64,000 nucleotides of DNA from Lingula anatina (lineage: Eukaryota; Animalia; Brachiopoda). A model generated the notes under the pieces. The model had not been told where the DNA came from and did no database searches. It saw only the letters and a program-made list of their open reading frames with translations. Shown piece by piece: positions 13,158-25,807 of the stretch (positions within the stretch are counted from its first letter, which is position 1; the number at the start of each line of letters is the position of its first letter). The DNA is taken from the NCBI GenBank assembly GCA_051362555.1, contig CM120642.1, positions 25,916,001 to 25,980,000 of the forward strand, read 5' to 3'. Made by a program: the position numbers and the translations under genes.

Positions 13158-13189
13158 AATAAACTTGTACATTTACGTTTAAATTTATT
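13158..13189. terminator. Candidate head-on polyadenylation signals: AATAAA on + (13158-13163) and on - (13184-13189)
   Basis: Both hexamers are seen directly. Strand composition appears by eye to switch from T/G-rich to A/C-rich here, between the convergent genes. Confidence 0.4.
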
Positions 13190-15228
13190 TGCATATTAAA
13201 TAACATATTGCATATACAGATGTATAATTCTGATATAATATATGTAAACCTATTCCATGAGCTTTGCATATGATATTAAACACTGACACAGAGATGAAGA
13301 TGATAAACATTATGATGACAGAAACGGTTTAGACAATGACAATGATTTGAAAAATGCACCCTGTGGGTACATTAGTCATCCAGACTCTAGGTGGTGCATG
13401 AATCTTGTTGCAGGACAACCTACAACCAAGGTTTTTTTTTACCAACATGGTTTATTATTGGCAAATTCTGAACCCCTTAAGCAACATAGATTGAACAGAA
13501 TTAAGTAAAATATATCATGCTTTGAAGTAAGCTCCTTGCTTTCAACACCTCAACCTTGAAATAATACTGAATTGTGTCGAAGAGGAGAAACCTACTTGAT
13601 ATTTGAGGCTGCTTAACTTGAAAAATTAACATGGCATTTAACCTTTGCTGCTTGTTACTCAGAATAACACCATTTACAACAAAAGTTATCATACAAAAGA
13701 AGATATTTCATAACTAATTATGCAATTATTTATGCCTAGAAATATATTATATCTTTTGACTGCTGTCCCCCTGAATAAAAAAAAAAAGAAAATATGCTTA
13801 CTGCCAGACAATTTTGCATATAATGATGTCTATTGCAACCCCACCTATTCTTTAAACAGCCAATTGTTATAGGGTTACGTCTATTGAACTTTTAAGTTCA
13901 CTTAAATGAATACTGAAAACTTCAATTACATATGATTATTTGAAAATCATGAAATCCACACTAACATAATTATCAGTTAATATGTGAACTAGCTGCAAGT
14001 AGTTTGTTATTATGAACTCCTGGACCAATAAAATGCTGGGGGACTATTGAATCCTGAAGGTTAAATGTTATAATTTCATTTAATTTCATATCCCTCTGGG
14101 GTATGGGTCTATATTACTACAGAAGTTTGAGACCTGCTCACCCTAAAACACAATTTGTACTAAAATCCATTGACAAAACTTGAAACGAAAAAGATGTTAT
14201 ATAAACAGTTCACATTCAACATTTAAAATTCTATAATCATCTGATCATCTGAGTATACTTTCAATTGCATACATATTTATTAATTAAAACTTAAACCTGT
14301 CTGCTAATTTGATTGAAAATTCTTCTTGATTTACTCAGAAGTGCATAAATATATTTATATGCACTTGGTCAAACAATTTTCACATTTTTTTCTCTTTTCA
14401 AGCAATGTTGACATTAGAAAAGGATGCACATTTGTCAACAAAGACGTCAAAACAACCATCGTCTAAATTTTTATCTTACTTTGAAATAATGGTTTCAGAA
14501 TAACATTCTGTAGTAATGCAATTTAAAATATCATCTAGCTGATTAACTGAAAAGCAGATATTTATGCCTAATAAATAACAAAATTTAAACAGTTGCTTAA
14601 CTGAGTTTTAAGTCCTTACCTGTTCAAATCAAAGGTAAAATCAGATGTATTTACTGATAAAACTTCACCTTGATTTCAAAACCTTTTATAAAAAATTAAT
14701 TCATATTTGTCAGAGTACTTGAGATGCATTTATATACACAAATCTAGCTAAGTATTTTTCTTTAACAATGACCACAAGTTACACAAGACAAAAATATACA
14801 AACTTGATAATCTCATAACATTAAAACTTCCTCACTCTCCAACTGGCATCGATTCTAGGCATATCAAAAAGTTGCTTTTGCACAGATATAATATTTAAAC
14901 TGAAATATATGAGGAAAATGTTAACAATTCTATATATGTTTAAGAATCAATCAGTGATGAGCTGATGAACCCCTGGAAGACTGGTCAATATTTCTCATGA
15001 CATAAAATATATTATGACTGGTGAGGAAAATATCAACTCCTGTATTTCATCATGGAAGAGAAACTACCAAAATGTGATAAGTCAAGCAGCACATTTGAAT
15101 TAACTACTTGGAATTAACAATATTTTGACAAATTGTGCTACTCTATTTTCTATCAAACAAGTAAAACAAAGGTTAATAACAAACCATACATAAATAGTAA
15201 GTGGAAGTTAAACAAAATGCAGTTATTA

Positions 15229-18200
15229 TTATTTCCATACACCTGCCTTTTTTCTGTCAGCTGCTTTTATATGAGGGTCCCCTTTATTGAGAGCCGACTT
15301 ACGGAATGGTGACTTATCTTTTGGTTTTCCCATCAACTTTTGTAAAAATGATGGGGATTTATCAGGCAGATCGTTTTCATTTACCGTAGAGAGACCAGAC
15401 ATCTCCAGATCATGTTTTTCTGAATCTGCAATAGGATTGGCAGTACTGATACTCCGGCGTTTGGAAGCATCAGTCACTCCTGCTTTTTTGGGTCTCATAA
15501 CAACAGAACTTGTCGATTCTTCCTGATGTGGTCCTGTCTTAGTGATCGTTGGAATGCCCTTGCTTCTTCGCACACTCCCCATTCTTCTAAGTGGGCTCTC
15601 ACCTACATCGAATTCTGTGCTGTTGGTTGTGGTGACTGGAGATGCTGTCTTCCTGCGGAGGCTGCTGTATGGTGCGGTGAGTCTTGAAAAAACATCGGCC
15701 TGGCTTCCGCCACTAGGCTCAGGGGTAATGGACCTTGGAGTGGTTTTCTGTGAGCCCCCGTCATACTGTGGCTGTGGTGAGGCAACTCTTGGGTGCATCT
15801 TGCTAGTTTTGGACTCGTGGGAAACTGCAGGGTGTCTGGGGGATGACTTGGCTTCAGCTGCGTGCCTTGGTGACTGCTTCACCTCTGTTGTGTGCCTAGG
15901 AGAACCATGGACCTCTGGAATATCTTTCGGAGCATGTGTGGCTGTTTCAGAGTGGCCATCTGGAATTTTGGGTGGACCTTTACGACGCATGCTGTTCAGG
16001 CGTGAAAAGACAGTGTCCTTTTCTTTTTTGAGACCCTGGGATGGTGTAGCAGCACGGGGTGGCTTGGCACTTTCACTCTTATTTGTAGAGGCACTGTTTG
16101 CAGAATTGAGGCTTGTGTTAGAAGTAGACTTTGTTTTGGCACTTATACCCAGGCTTGGTCTCTTGGGGCGACCTGTTGTTGGTATAGCAGTCTTTGTTTT
16201 AGTCTGGGTGACTGGAGTTGAGGTGGTCTTCTTCAATGGTGCTTTCCGTGAGGAAGTCGGTCGACTGGAACTATTATTAGAAGCAGTACTACCTTGAGAA
16301 TGAAGACTTGCATTTGAAGCAGATTTATTCCGATCAGTATGATTAAAGGAAGAAGTTGATGTTCTTGGTGAGCGCACAACTTTTGAGGAAGACTTGTTAG
16401 AGTCAGAAGACTTATGACTGGAGCCAGAATCTCTCTTACTAGTTGAGGGTCTGTTGTGTGCTTGGAGAGTTGACTTGGTGAGTTGTTTCTTTTGAGGGAC
16501 TGTTTTAGCAGGTGGTGGCTGCTTGGTCTTGGGAGCAGTTGTACTTGTTTTAGACACACCTGCTGTCTTTTTCCTTGGTGGTGCTTTTGGAGTTGGCTCT
16601 GTAGGTTCAGCAGAAACTTCTATACCTAGGCTTTGGCGAACATTTTCTGGAAGATCACTGACTTTTACCACATGTTCTACAGTCTCTATCACAGTCCACT
16701 CTTCATCTTCTGGTTTATCCTGGTCCCCATTCTCCATTCCAGGCAAAGGAAGAGTGAAAGAAGCACTGACATCTGTTGCTGAATCCAGGGAATCTCCAGT
16801 GTTTGGAATTACTGTGTCAGTCGAACCAGCAGCTGTCATACCCCCTTCATTTCTCATTTCATCATTCTCATCAAATGACCCAGATTCTAAAATCTCCTGT
16901 GATTTACGATTGATGTTTTTGTTGTCCAGCAACTCTGATTCTAAAGTACTGCTCATCGAGGTTCTCTGGGAAACTGTTTCAGATTGTGTCTCAAATCCTT
17001 CATCGTTGCTTTCCACACCATGGTAATGGATGTCAGCTTTATCATTCATTTTCTTTTCCTCTTTGTTGTCATTGATGTCTCTTGGAGAAGTTGGTGAAGT
17101 TGGACTCTTGGCCTTTTCCGTATTTTTATTCTCAACATCTGGATCATGTGAAGAGCTGGGCCTGCTACCAGTTGTAGTGAATGGAGATGGCTCTTCATTG
17201 TCGCTACTATAAAGATGAGACAAGCGACTGGACAAGCTTCGACCAATACTTCTTGCATTCCCTCTAGGGCGTGGAGTGACAGGCTCCTCAGCTGTATCAA
17301 ACATATTTGGCTGCCTTCTTCTGCGGAGACTGGAAAGTATTTCATCAGGTTCTGCTTTCAGTTCTTTCAAAGCTTCAGATGGTTTGTGGTCAGGTGTAGT
17401 AGCTTCAGGTGTGTTCAAATTGTCATAAGTACTAAAGCGTTTCTCATTGGATTTACTGTCACTTATGTTTCCATTTATGTTATCATAAGTACTTAAAACT
17501 TTCTGCCTGCGTGAGGAATGTCTGGGTGAAGTGTCTTCTTCCTCTTCTTCTCCATCCTCTCGCTTTCCCCTCCAAGAAGTCGAATGTTGAAGCCATGCTC
17601 TCTCAGTCAAGCTTTCCCTCTGCATTGATGGTTTATAACTATCTCTAGAAGGAGAAAACAGTTGTGGTGATTTTGTTGGAGTGGCCTTTTCTTTTTCCAT
17701 TGGGCTAGACTGAGCACGAGGTGAACCAATCTGTTCTATTTCCTTCCCTGTTTTTTCTATTGCTTTCAGGACTTGGTCTATATCAGTCTTTTCAATATTG
17801 CTTTGCCAACGTCTAAGTCTAGGTGGATAGGAGCTGGGGCGCACATCCAGTGTGCTGGGTCTATTTTTCTTATTTTCCTCTTCAACTTTATCACTGTCAC
17901 TTGCATCATTCTGGACCGATTCTATTTTCTGTATCACAGTATTAAAATCAGAGCCTTCAGTGGAACTCTGTGGTACTCTTGTTGAGGATCTCTCATTGAT
18001 TTGTTTATCTGTAGTCTGATTAGTCTCTTCTGATTTTGTACTGACATCCTCACCAATTTTCTCCATTGATTTTTCCTTTTCAACTATTGTCTTAAGAGCA
18101 GAGTGGAGTTCTGCAGGGTCTAAGTGTGACCTCCATCGGCGGCCCTGTCGGGCACGTCTTTCAACCACGGAATTCTTGTCAGGTGTTTCAGTTTTAGCAG

Positions 18201-19247
18201 TTTCAGTTTCAGTTTTAGCTGTTGTTTCAGTTTTAGCTGTAGTTTCAGTTTTAGTAACAGTTTCAGTCTGGCTGGCACTTTTTTCCTGCTGAGAACTAGT
18301 GCTACCTGCCTTACTTTCAAAGACGTCTTTAAACCTGCTCACAGAACTGCTATCAGCATGAATCTTTTTGGGATCTGGTTTAACAACTGCTGGTTCCTCA
18401 GTCTTTCTCATTGCAACTTTCTTTTCATGGCCCTTTGTTGCAGTGTCAACATCTGTTGATTCAATGTTACTTCTCCATCGCCTCTCAAGGCGAGACCGTC
18501 TTTCTTTTTGCAGAGATGCATCTGGTTCTCCATCATCTGTTACTATGGTTGGTGGTGGATTGGTTGTTTTTGTGGGAACCGAGATAGATTTGGAAGTATA
18601 CTTGTCAAGTTCACCATCTTCAAACCTACTTCTCCAGCCTCGTCTTTCTGGTTTCTCACTAGAGGGCGTTGTCGCTGCAGGTGTTTTATCCCCATCAACA
18701 TGAGGAGATGGTGCCCTTTCACGCCCTGAACCAAATGATTCCAAGTGCCCACTTCTCCTCTGCTGCCGCTTTCGGCGAAAACTTCCAAGCCGCTCAAAAT
18801 CACCCTCTGGTTTCAAGTGATTTTTGCTTGGGTCTTCACTTGCACTGAGCAAAAAGTCCAGCAAACTTTCATCACCTCCTTGTGCTTTTCTAACACGTTT
18901 CTGGCCTGGGGTTTCATTGAGTAGATCACTCTCACTTCTATCCTCAAGACTGTCGCCATTGGAGCTCTCATCAGACATGTTGTTCTCATCTATTGCAGTC
19001 AGTTTACGTGGAGCAGAATTATGCTTTGATGCAATGTCACCTGTTCCGCTGTTAACACCAGCTGACACATTTTGGGAATCTAAGGAGATTTTGGTCACCT
19101 TTGTTACTGAGAAGTTTGCTTCAGGAAGTTTTTTGTTGTCAAAACCACTACGAATATACCCCTGTATCTGTTCCAGCGGGTTCTCATCTTCTGCACTAAC
19201 ATTTGCTTTACCTCCTGATGGCTGGCGACCTCTGGTGGGAGTTTCAC
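15229..19247 (-). CDS. INF2: Inverted formin (INF2/FHDC1-like) terminal exon, 4,019 nt: WH2/DAD-like motif plus long disordered Ser/Thr/Lys-rich tail
   Basis: Acceptor tttcag|GT at 19247, phase 1, in frame with the 1289-aa ORF. ENPLEQIQGYIRSGF resembles the INF2 DAD/WH2 motif. TAA at 15229-15231. Confidence 0.9.
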
Positions 19248-21335
19248 CTGAAATAAAACAGATGCAAGGTCAGTAAAATAAACCTTTATAGGCTTGTTTG
19301 ATATTAGCAGTCGCCAAAATCCTTCAGTTAATTAGTCTGTTAATAGCTGTAAATATTACATTTTTAAAAAACTGATTCAAAATCAAATTAAAAATTCTAA
19401 CCTATTATTTGAACTAGTGTGCTGTATATGTAAGCTGCAACAACTTTAGATGGTTCCATTTTCTACTTGAGTAGACTTCAATTTATTTTATTTCTTTCAA
19501 AGCGTAACTTTTCAGTTTTTCCTTTGATATTCTTTCCTCTGTATTTGCCCCATTTTTGTCAAAAGTAATGTCAGTTTTGTCACAGTTACCTAGGTGGTCT
19601 TGTCACATCATGGGATTAATTCAGTGGACCATAACGTTAAAGTGCACTTCTATGCGATCCCAAGTTTTTGATGCACAAACCACCAACCACACGCTTTTAT
19701 ATCAATTTGATAGGATACTATGCATGTGCATGTTCTGCATCTGACTTTTTTTGTTCAGCTTCTCTCACACTATCTTTATCACACATGGAAAGCTAAAATT
19801 TGTTCACGGTATTCAAGTTAGTTCAATTACATGGAAGTGATAAAATCATTTTAAAGGATAATTTATTTTAAGTTCTCAAGGGATATTGGCATTTAAATGG
19901 GAAAAATACTGAAAAAAAATTTAATCCGACTTTTGTTGAAGTCTCTCAAGGTGTAGTGATTTAAAGATGGCTTTTTGATACAAGAATGGCACTTCTAAAA
20001 CATCATATTGGACTAGATCACTGAAGTGGGTGGTATTTTGGAAGTAATTGATCAGCTGATTTTGCTTATCTAAATCTGTATGGAATACCAGCATATAGGT
20101 AATATTTTCACAATGATTTCACTTGTTTGGTGAAAGAACATATATGTTTCTTTAAAAAAAAACTTAAATAAAGACCTCTATATTGCTGCTGTTTTTTTTT
20201 AAATAATGATAAACTTGAAATAAATCACCAGTTAATATTTAAATTCTTTGTAAAATGAGATTGAAGAATGGGTAAAAATTACTGACAAGAGAAGTGGCAT
20301 GCGCATTCACTATATGGTTTGATTACAGTCAATTTATGTGAGAAGTGATCCATGAAGTTTGTCCCCAAACCTTACAAGGTCATGTCATGTTTTGCTTTGC
20401 CTTGCTTTACAAGGTCACACTTATTTTCTAGGTTAACTGTGAATTCTTTCACCATTTGAAACAAAATTAGCATATAATGACTACAAAAAGTGACAGCAAG
20501 CAGAGTTGTATAAGCCTTTGTCATCGTTATGTTGTATGTTGTGCTTTTTTGTGGCACACAAAACTTTAGAGTGGCTTATTTCTGATGTGAAGTGGGTCGA
20601 ATGCCACTTTAAATTTACACTACTGATAAGCTTCTTTTGAGAACTCACAAATTGACACAACATTTTGAATACCTATCCAGGTATGCATTTCAGTACACTG
20701 AATTCCCACCCAGTAAACAAATTTATTTTTGCCAGCACAGCATACTTTTTCAACCCCACATATGTTCTTTCCTTTGCAATGTGTTGAATTGTTCCTATCA
20801 GCTGTTCAGCTAATAAGTGTACATCAATTCAAGTTAAAGCAAAATTTCATAGGATTTGTTATACAACTCAATTTGAACTCAAACTCCATCAGCTGTCACC
20901 ATGTCAGTGACAGTCCTCATTTATTATGTGCAATTGTTCTGTTAAATTCAGCAGGTTTCAGCAATTATAGCATTAATTCAAGTGTCAGGTTATTCAATCT
21001 AATTGATTGGCTGCAACAGCGGTGACTTAACATAGGAACAGCAGGAGGAAAGAGCAGGTTGATTGATGTGGAGCATGTTTTACGCCTTCCATTCATCGTT
21101 CTAGCATTCAGTTTGAAGGACAGGAGCAATCAAGTTTCTTTAATTTGGTTTACAGCTCCTATTTTTAATTTTTTTTCTATTTTGTTGGGTGGAGGACACA
21201 TGTTTTCTCTTTCTTGTTTCTATTTGTTCCCCCCCCCCCCCTTATTTTAATTTATTGATATTTAGTCAAGAGAATGCTTATCTTAAGTGAGATGAACTCT
21301 TATAACTTTTCTTTTGACTATTTTGGAATACGTAC

Positions 21336-21423
21336 CAGTGGGACGCTTTTTGCTGTCAAGTTCCTCTCTCTGTTTTCGTCTAGCTTCAGCTTTCTCTTCC
21401 TGAATCTTTCTCTGCTTATTTTC
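21336..21423 (-). CDS. INF2: Formin exon, end of FH2 / coiled coil ENKQRKIQEEKAEARRKQREELDSKKRPT
   Basis: ttatag|GAA...ACTG|gtacgt, 88 nt, phase 0-1. Confidence 0.9.
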
Positions 21424-21692
21424 CTATAAAAATCAATGTATGTCATGTAATCAATTTTTATACTTATTAATTCATAAAACATCAATTTTGCAGGTAAATA
21501 CATCATTCTGTGTCATACTTTTTAAAATCTATGCCATTGAATTAATGAAAAATTAATTTTGTTTCAATTCTTGTCTCCAGAGATATTTGCAAGCTTTGCC
21601 TACATACTGAGTCCTTAACATGATTTTTTTTTCTTTGGGGGAGGGGCATTTATTGTTTCCTCAAAACTATGAACCAAGTCTCTTAATCATAC

Positions 21693-21857
21693 CTCTATTG
21701 ATTTCTTGAACCTATCACAGAAAGTGTTAAAGATCCTGAAGCACTCCTCAATCTTAAAGGTGGCTTTATCTTCACAGAAAAAGTCGCATAATTCCACACG
21801 CAGTCTCTCAATGTCTACCAAATCTTCTTGCAGTTCATGGATCTCCAGCTTGGCATC
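21693..21857 (-). CDS. INF2: Formin FH2 exon DAKLEIHE...FFCEDKATFKIEECFRIFNTFCDRFKKSIE
   Basis: 165 nt, phase 0-0, GT-AG. FFCED..F..EECF is the INF2/FHDC1-type FH2 C-terminal signature. Confidence 0.93.
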
Positions 21858-22168
21858 CTAAAAAAAGTGTAACATTTAGTTATCTCAATGAAAAGTTTTC
21901 CTTTTTATTCAGATACTTCAGATGTGCCATATTAAATAGTATTGAAAGTTGACATACACTTAACTAATGACTTGGAAAAACCTCATCAGTCCATTTTTAA
22001 ATTTGACCAGTGGTGAAATACATCTGATTTGCTTAATGATAATGCATAATTCAGAGTGACACTTGAGAAATTTTACAAATGGAAATAGGAGAGCAGCATT
22101 AAATGTGATCTAGTATGCATTTAATTACAAAGATTAGGTTTTGTTAATTTCCTGTATGTTTATCATAC

Positions 22169-22289
22169 CCTCAGAAAAGGAGCCATTTGTTCATAGAATT
22201 CTCCCCCTTCCTTCTCCAGTTGTTCTGATATTGCAATCACTCGGTCACGCAGTCCACTAATATCAAGAGTAAGAGATTCCAAAGATGTC
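22169..22289 (-). CDS. INF2: Formin FH2 exon QTSLESLTLDISGLRDRV...QMAPFLR
   Basis: 121 nt, phase 2-0, ttttag|G...AGG|gtatga. Confidence 0.9.
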
Positions 22290-24167
22290 CTAAAACAGAA
22301 AAAGAAAAATGTGTGAATTTCACTGGAAAATATAATACCTTTATTTGTGATTAATTAAATTTGTGGAGATATTTTACAACTTGGCCAAATATATTTTGCT
22401 TAGTATGTTTCAAGCAAGTGAAATAATATCATTTAAGATTGCACCCATTTACATAATGAATAAATTTTATAGAAATTTAACTATGAAACTGGAAAATGTT
22501 GATACCCTCGGAAAAATTAAATTTTCATTTCAAAATATGGCCTAAAAGTCTATTCATAATTATTTTTTATTTATTGATGAAACTGTCTTACTTGCAACCA
22601 TTTTTATACATATAAATAGAGCCTTAAAATAAATATCAATTGGGGCAAATATATATAATGAAAGCTGATTTACTTGATTGATGATGAAATTATTTTGCTT
22701 TACAGCAGACAAAATGACCAAATTGCCAACATTTGGCTTAAGTAATGGTAAAATTAGCCTGTTTCTTTTCAAATACTACAATTGAAGAAAATTGGATTAG
22801 TTTTTAGAGGGTAAAGGAAATACCTAACAGTGGAAAATGTACATGAAGCCAACTTTTTCACAGCAGTTTTGTCCTCTTCTTTTTCTAAACAGATCTTAGT
22901 AAGTTTGGCATAAATGGTCATCGGAGTAGCCATTTTCAAGACAAATCATTGTCCATCTTATGTTACCTTATTTGTTTGTATGTACATGCCCCTAATTCTA
23001 TTTTCTATTATTCACATGTATTGAATGGGATAACAATACAGGTATATTAACTGGGTTGACCCGACTAAAATGGATCTTATTCCAAATTTTATTGCCACTC
23101 CTTTAGAAGTCCAGGGTTCTTCTGAGGGTACCTTTCATTGTAAGGTACCATACAGCCATGACCAAGTGGCCATATGAGTTACACTAAAACATCGGATCAT
23201 ATTATATCTTAAACACTGGATCAAGTTGTATCTAAGAGGTGTCCACTCAAAATAACTATCATTAGTTAACACCAATTATTGGTTTCATACACCATGCCCA
23301 TTACATTGTCCTATTTGTCACTGTTTCATCCTTTGACTTTGTAATGAAAAATGACATAATGGTACCAGCACAGAATATCTGAGGATATGCCATTCAGGAG
23401 TGACAAAAGTATCGAAAAAATGTTAGAGGGCAAGTGTACTATTCCATCATATCCAAATGATTTGACCATTTAACTTTCCGTTTATGGTTAGCTTTCATCT
23501 ACAAAGACTTATTTTTAAAAATTCAGTTTGGTGCAACAAGACTGGTATCTCTCTATCTATCTGCCTATTAAAAGGAAATGTACAACTTATTTTTAACCCT
23601 CTTATAATACTGTCTATTAGTCATAAATGGTAGAGAGTTACAATGCCTTCTATTCATCCGGATAATATATTTTTAATGTACAAAAAACAGTAACTTCTTT
23701 AGAGTATCTACTTAAAAGTTCAAGTTTGGAATTTAATCTGATGAATTTGATGTTTTATCCTAATCTGGCGACAACGATTCCCTTCCAAAGATATCATAAT
23801 ACCACAAATGTGGCTGAAAATAGTAATAAACTGTTCTACACTTGGTACTAGGCATCACATCTCCCACATTCCAGATATTTGAAGAGACTTCATTACTATG
23901 TAACTTGCTATTTAACAATTAATCCACATACCTTCAAAAGATAACATTCATCTACTTGACCATAGCAAATCTTTTCTCTGTCCACAGAAGACCACTTGTG
24001 GTTAGATGACATGTACGATCTTTGTGTGTCCGAACATATTAACTCTAGTCAAAAATAACATCTTCTGTCTTACGTTGAGATATTGATCATAAATCATCTG
24101 GCCATTTGGAGGTTTATGATAAGCTCTTTTTTTCTTTGGTTTTCCTTTTGTGTGATTCATTACTTAC

Positions 24168-24238
24168 TGTGAGGCCTCTTTGATGTACTTCATTTTGTCA
24201 GTGAGTGTCAAAAGCTCTGGGTTTTTCTCTTCTGCTTG
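24168..24238 (-). CDS. INF2: Formin FH2 exon QAEEKNPELLTLTDKMKYIKEAS
   Basis: 71 nt, phase 0-2, tttcag|CAA...CA|gtaagt. Confidence 0.9.
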
Positions 24239-25546
24239 CTGAAATTAAAATAAATACTATTGGTGAGACCAGTCAGATACATGTAATCCATTGCCATTGC
24301 ATTTGAGATTACAAACTCTGCCTTTCAAAAATTGAAAGGAGAGATGTCTGAATATTTAAAAAAAAAGGTAGTTGACCATTTAAAATTATTGCTTGATTCT
24401 CCAAACAAACAATACTTGGCTTTGTACATGTGGTAAATGGAGATACAAAGATATTGGAGGTAAGTCTTTACACATGTATCAGATTCTGAGTACAATTTAC
24501 TGTATATCACATTAAGTTATATGTTATACAATAAATAAATAGGGGTCTAATGACCATTCAGAAACAGTATACCATTGCTGACCAGTGGAAAACTGGACAG
24601 CCCAGTCACATAGTAAGAAAGGTACAAAGTCATTAAAAGACACCTGATCTGATGGCAGAAATAATTTGACAATGCAGCTCCACCCAGTGACAATGGCCAG
24701 TAATAGATCACGCCAATACTCAAACTGAGGTAGTTCACTGATCAGATTTCCCAATTTGATCTGGATCCATGATTTGATTCTTCTTTAAATAAAAGTTCTC
24801 TGTATGGAATGGGTGAGAAGCTTTGAGAAATCTAAACCACCTCGACTCTAGTACCTGCCCTCTTTATCTGCTTTTTTTCCAAGTTTCGTAATCCATGGAG
24901 GTGTTTTCTTTGTTCCTTTAACCGTGGATCATATGTCTAAAATGTAAGTTTTACCGACCCCTGGGGATTTCATTGTGGTTCCACATATCGAGAAACTGAT
25001 ACCTGATTTTAAGTGCGATTCTTGAGATTTTTGCATGCTGGTGGGTTAAAATGTGTCCGTTTTTCCTCTTCATTAATTGCATTCTGTGAACTTTTTCATT
25101 GTGCTCCTACATTGCTGCTGTCAGGGTTTTAGCTTTTTAAATTTTCAAATTGATTCAGAAAATGATTGATTACGTATATTATCAAGGTGTTGGCTACAAG
25201 CAATGCTTTTTACATGTTCCTCTTTTCATATATATTCACTCAATTATTTCCACATCAAATATCTCACAAAGGGAAAAATGCTTTTAAAAAATAGATGAAC
25301 AAAGTTAAAGAAAAGACTGGAACAATTTAAATAATGTTGGCATCATGCACACGTTTTCACATGTCATATACCACAATCATATATTAGCATTCATTTTCCT
25401 TATCACTATATCTATCTAAAATCCCCACTTGGGTCAATTATAATTATGAAAATGCATCTGATATTTTTCTTTAATCCATGGTCTAGTTAACCCCCACAAG
25501 TCTCAAATCTGTGAAACTGCACCTCATTTGCATGGCACATTTGTTA

Positions 25547-25807
25547 GACCCCATTCCCATACGTAGATCAATCTAACAGCATCGACCCATCTCCAAGGGG
25601 ATTCTCACTAAACTGCATTCAGATTAAGCAGCTTTGATGCCTGGCACACCTACTGTACAGAAGCTGCTTAATGACAGTTAATAACCTCCTAACAGCTTTA
25701 GTAAGCGTGCCAGACATCCAAGCTGCTTACGCTGAATGTAATTTAGCAAGAAACCCCTGACAGATGGATCGATCCTGCTAGATCAATCTAGGTACGGGTA
25801 TGGGGTC
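25547..25807. mobile_element. MITE family A, intact copy with TTA target-site duplication (PIF/Harbinger-type)
   Basis: tta|GACCCCATTCCCATAC...GTACGGGTATGGGGTC|tta, palindromic along most of its length. Confidence 0.82.

Noticed and set aside
14954-14968. GTGATGA/CTGATGA box C-like motifs (snoRNA?)
   Set aside because: No convincing box D with terminal stem, and it lies antisense in the formin 3' UTR region.
15287-19276. Plus-strand ORFs up to 251 aa (e.g. 15542-16297, 16523-17026, 18824-19276)
   Set aside because: Antisense shadows of the formin terminal exon, with no splice or start context and no recognisable protein.
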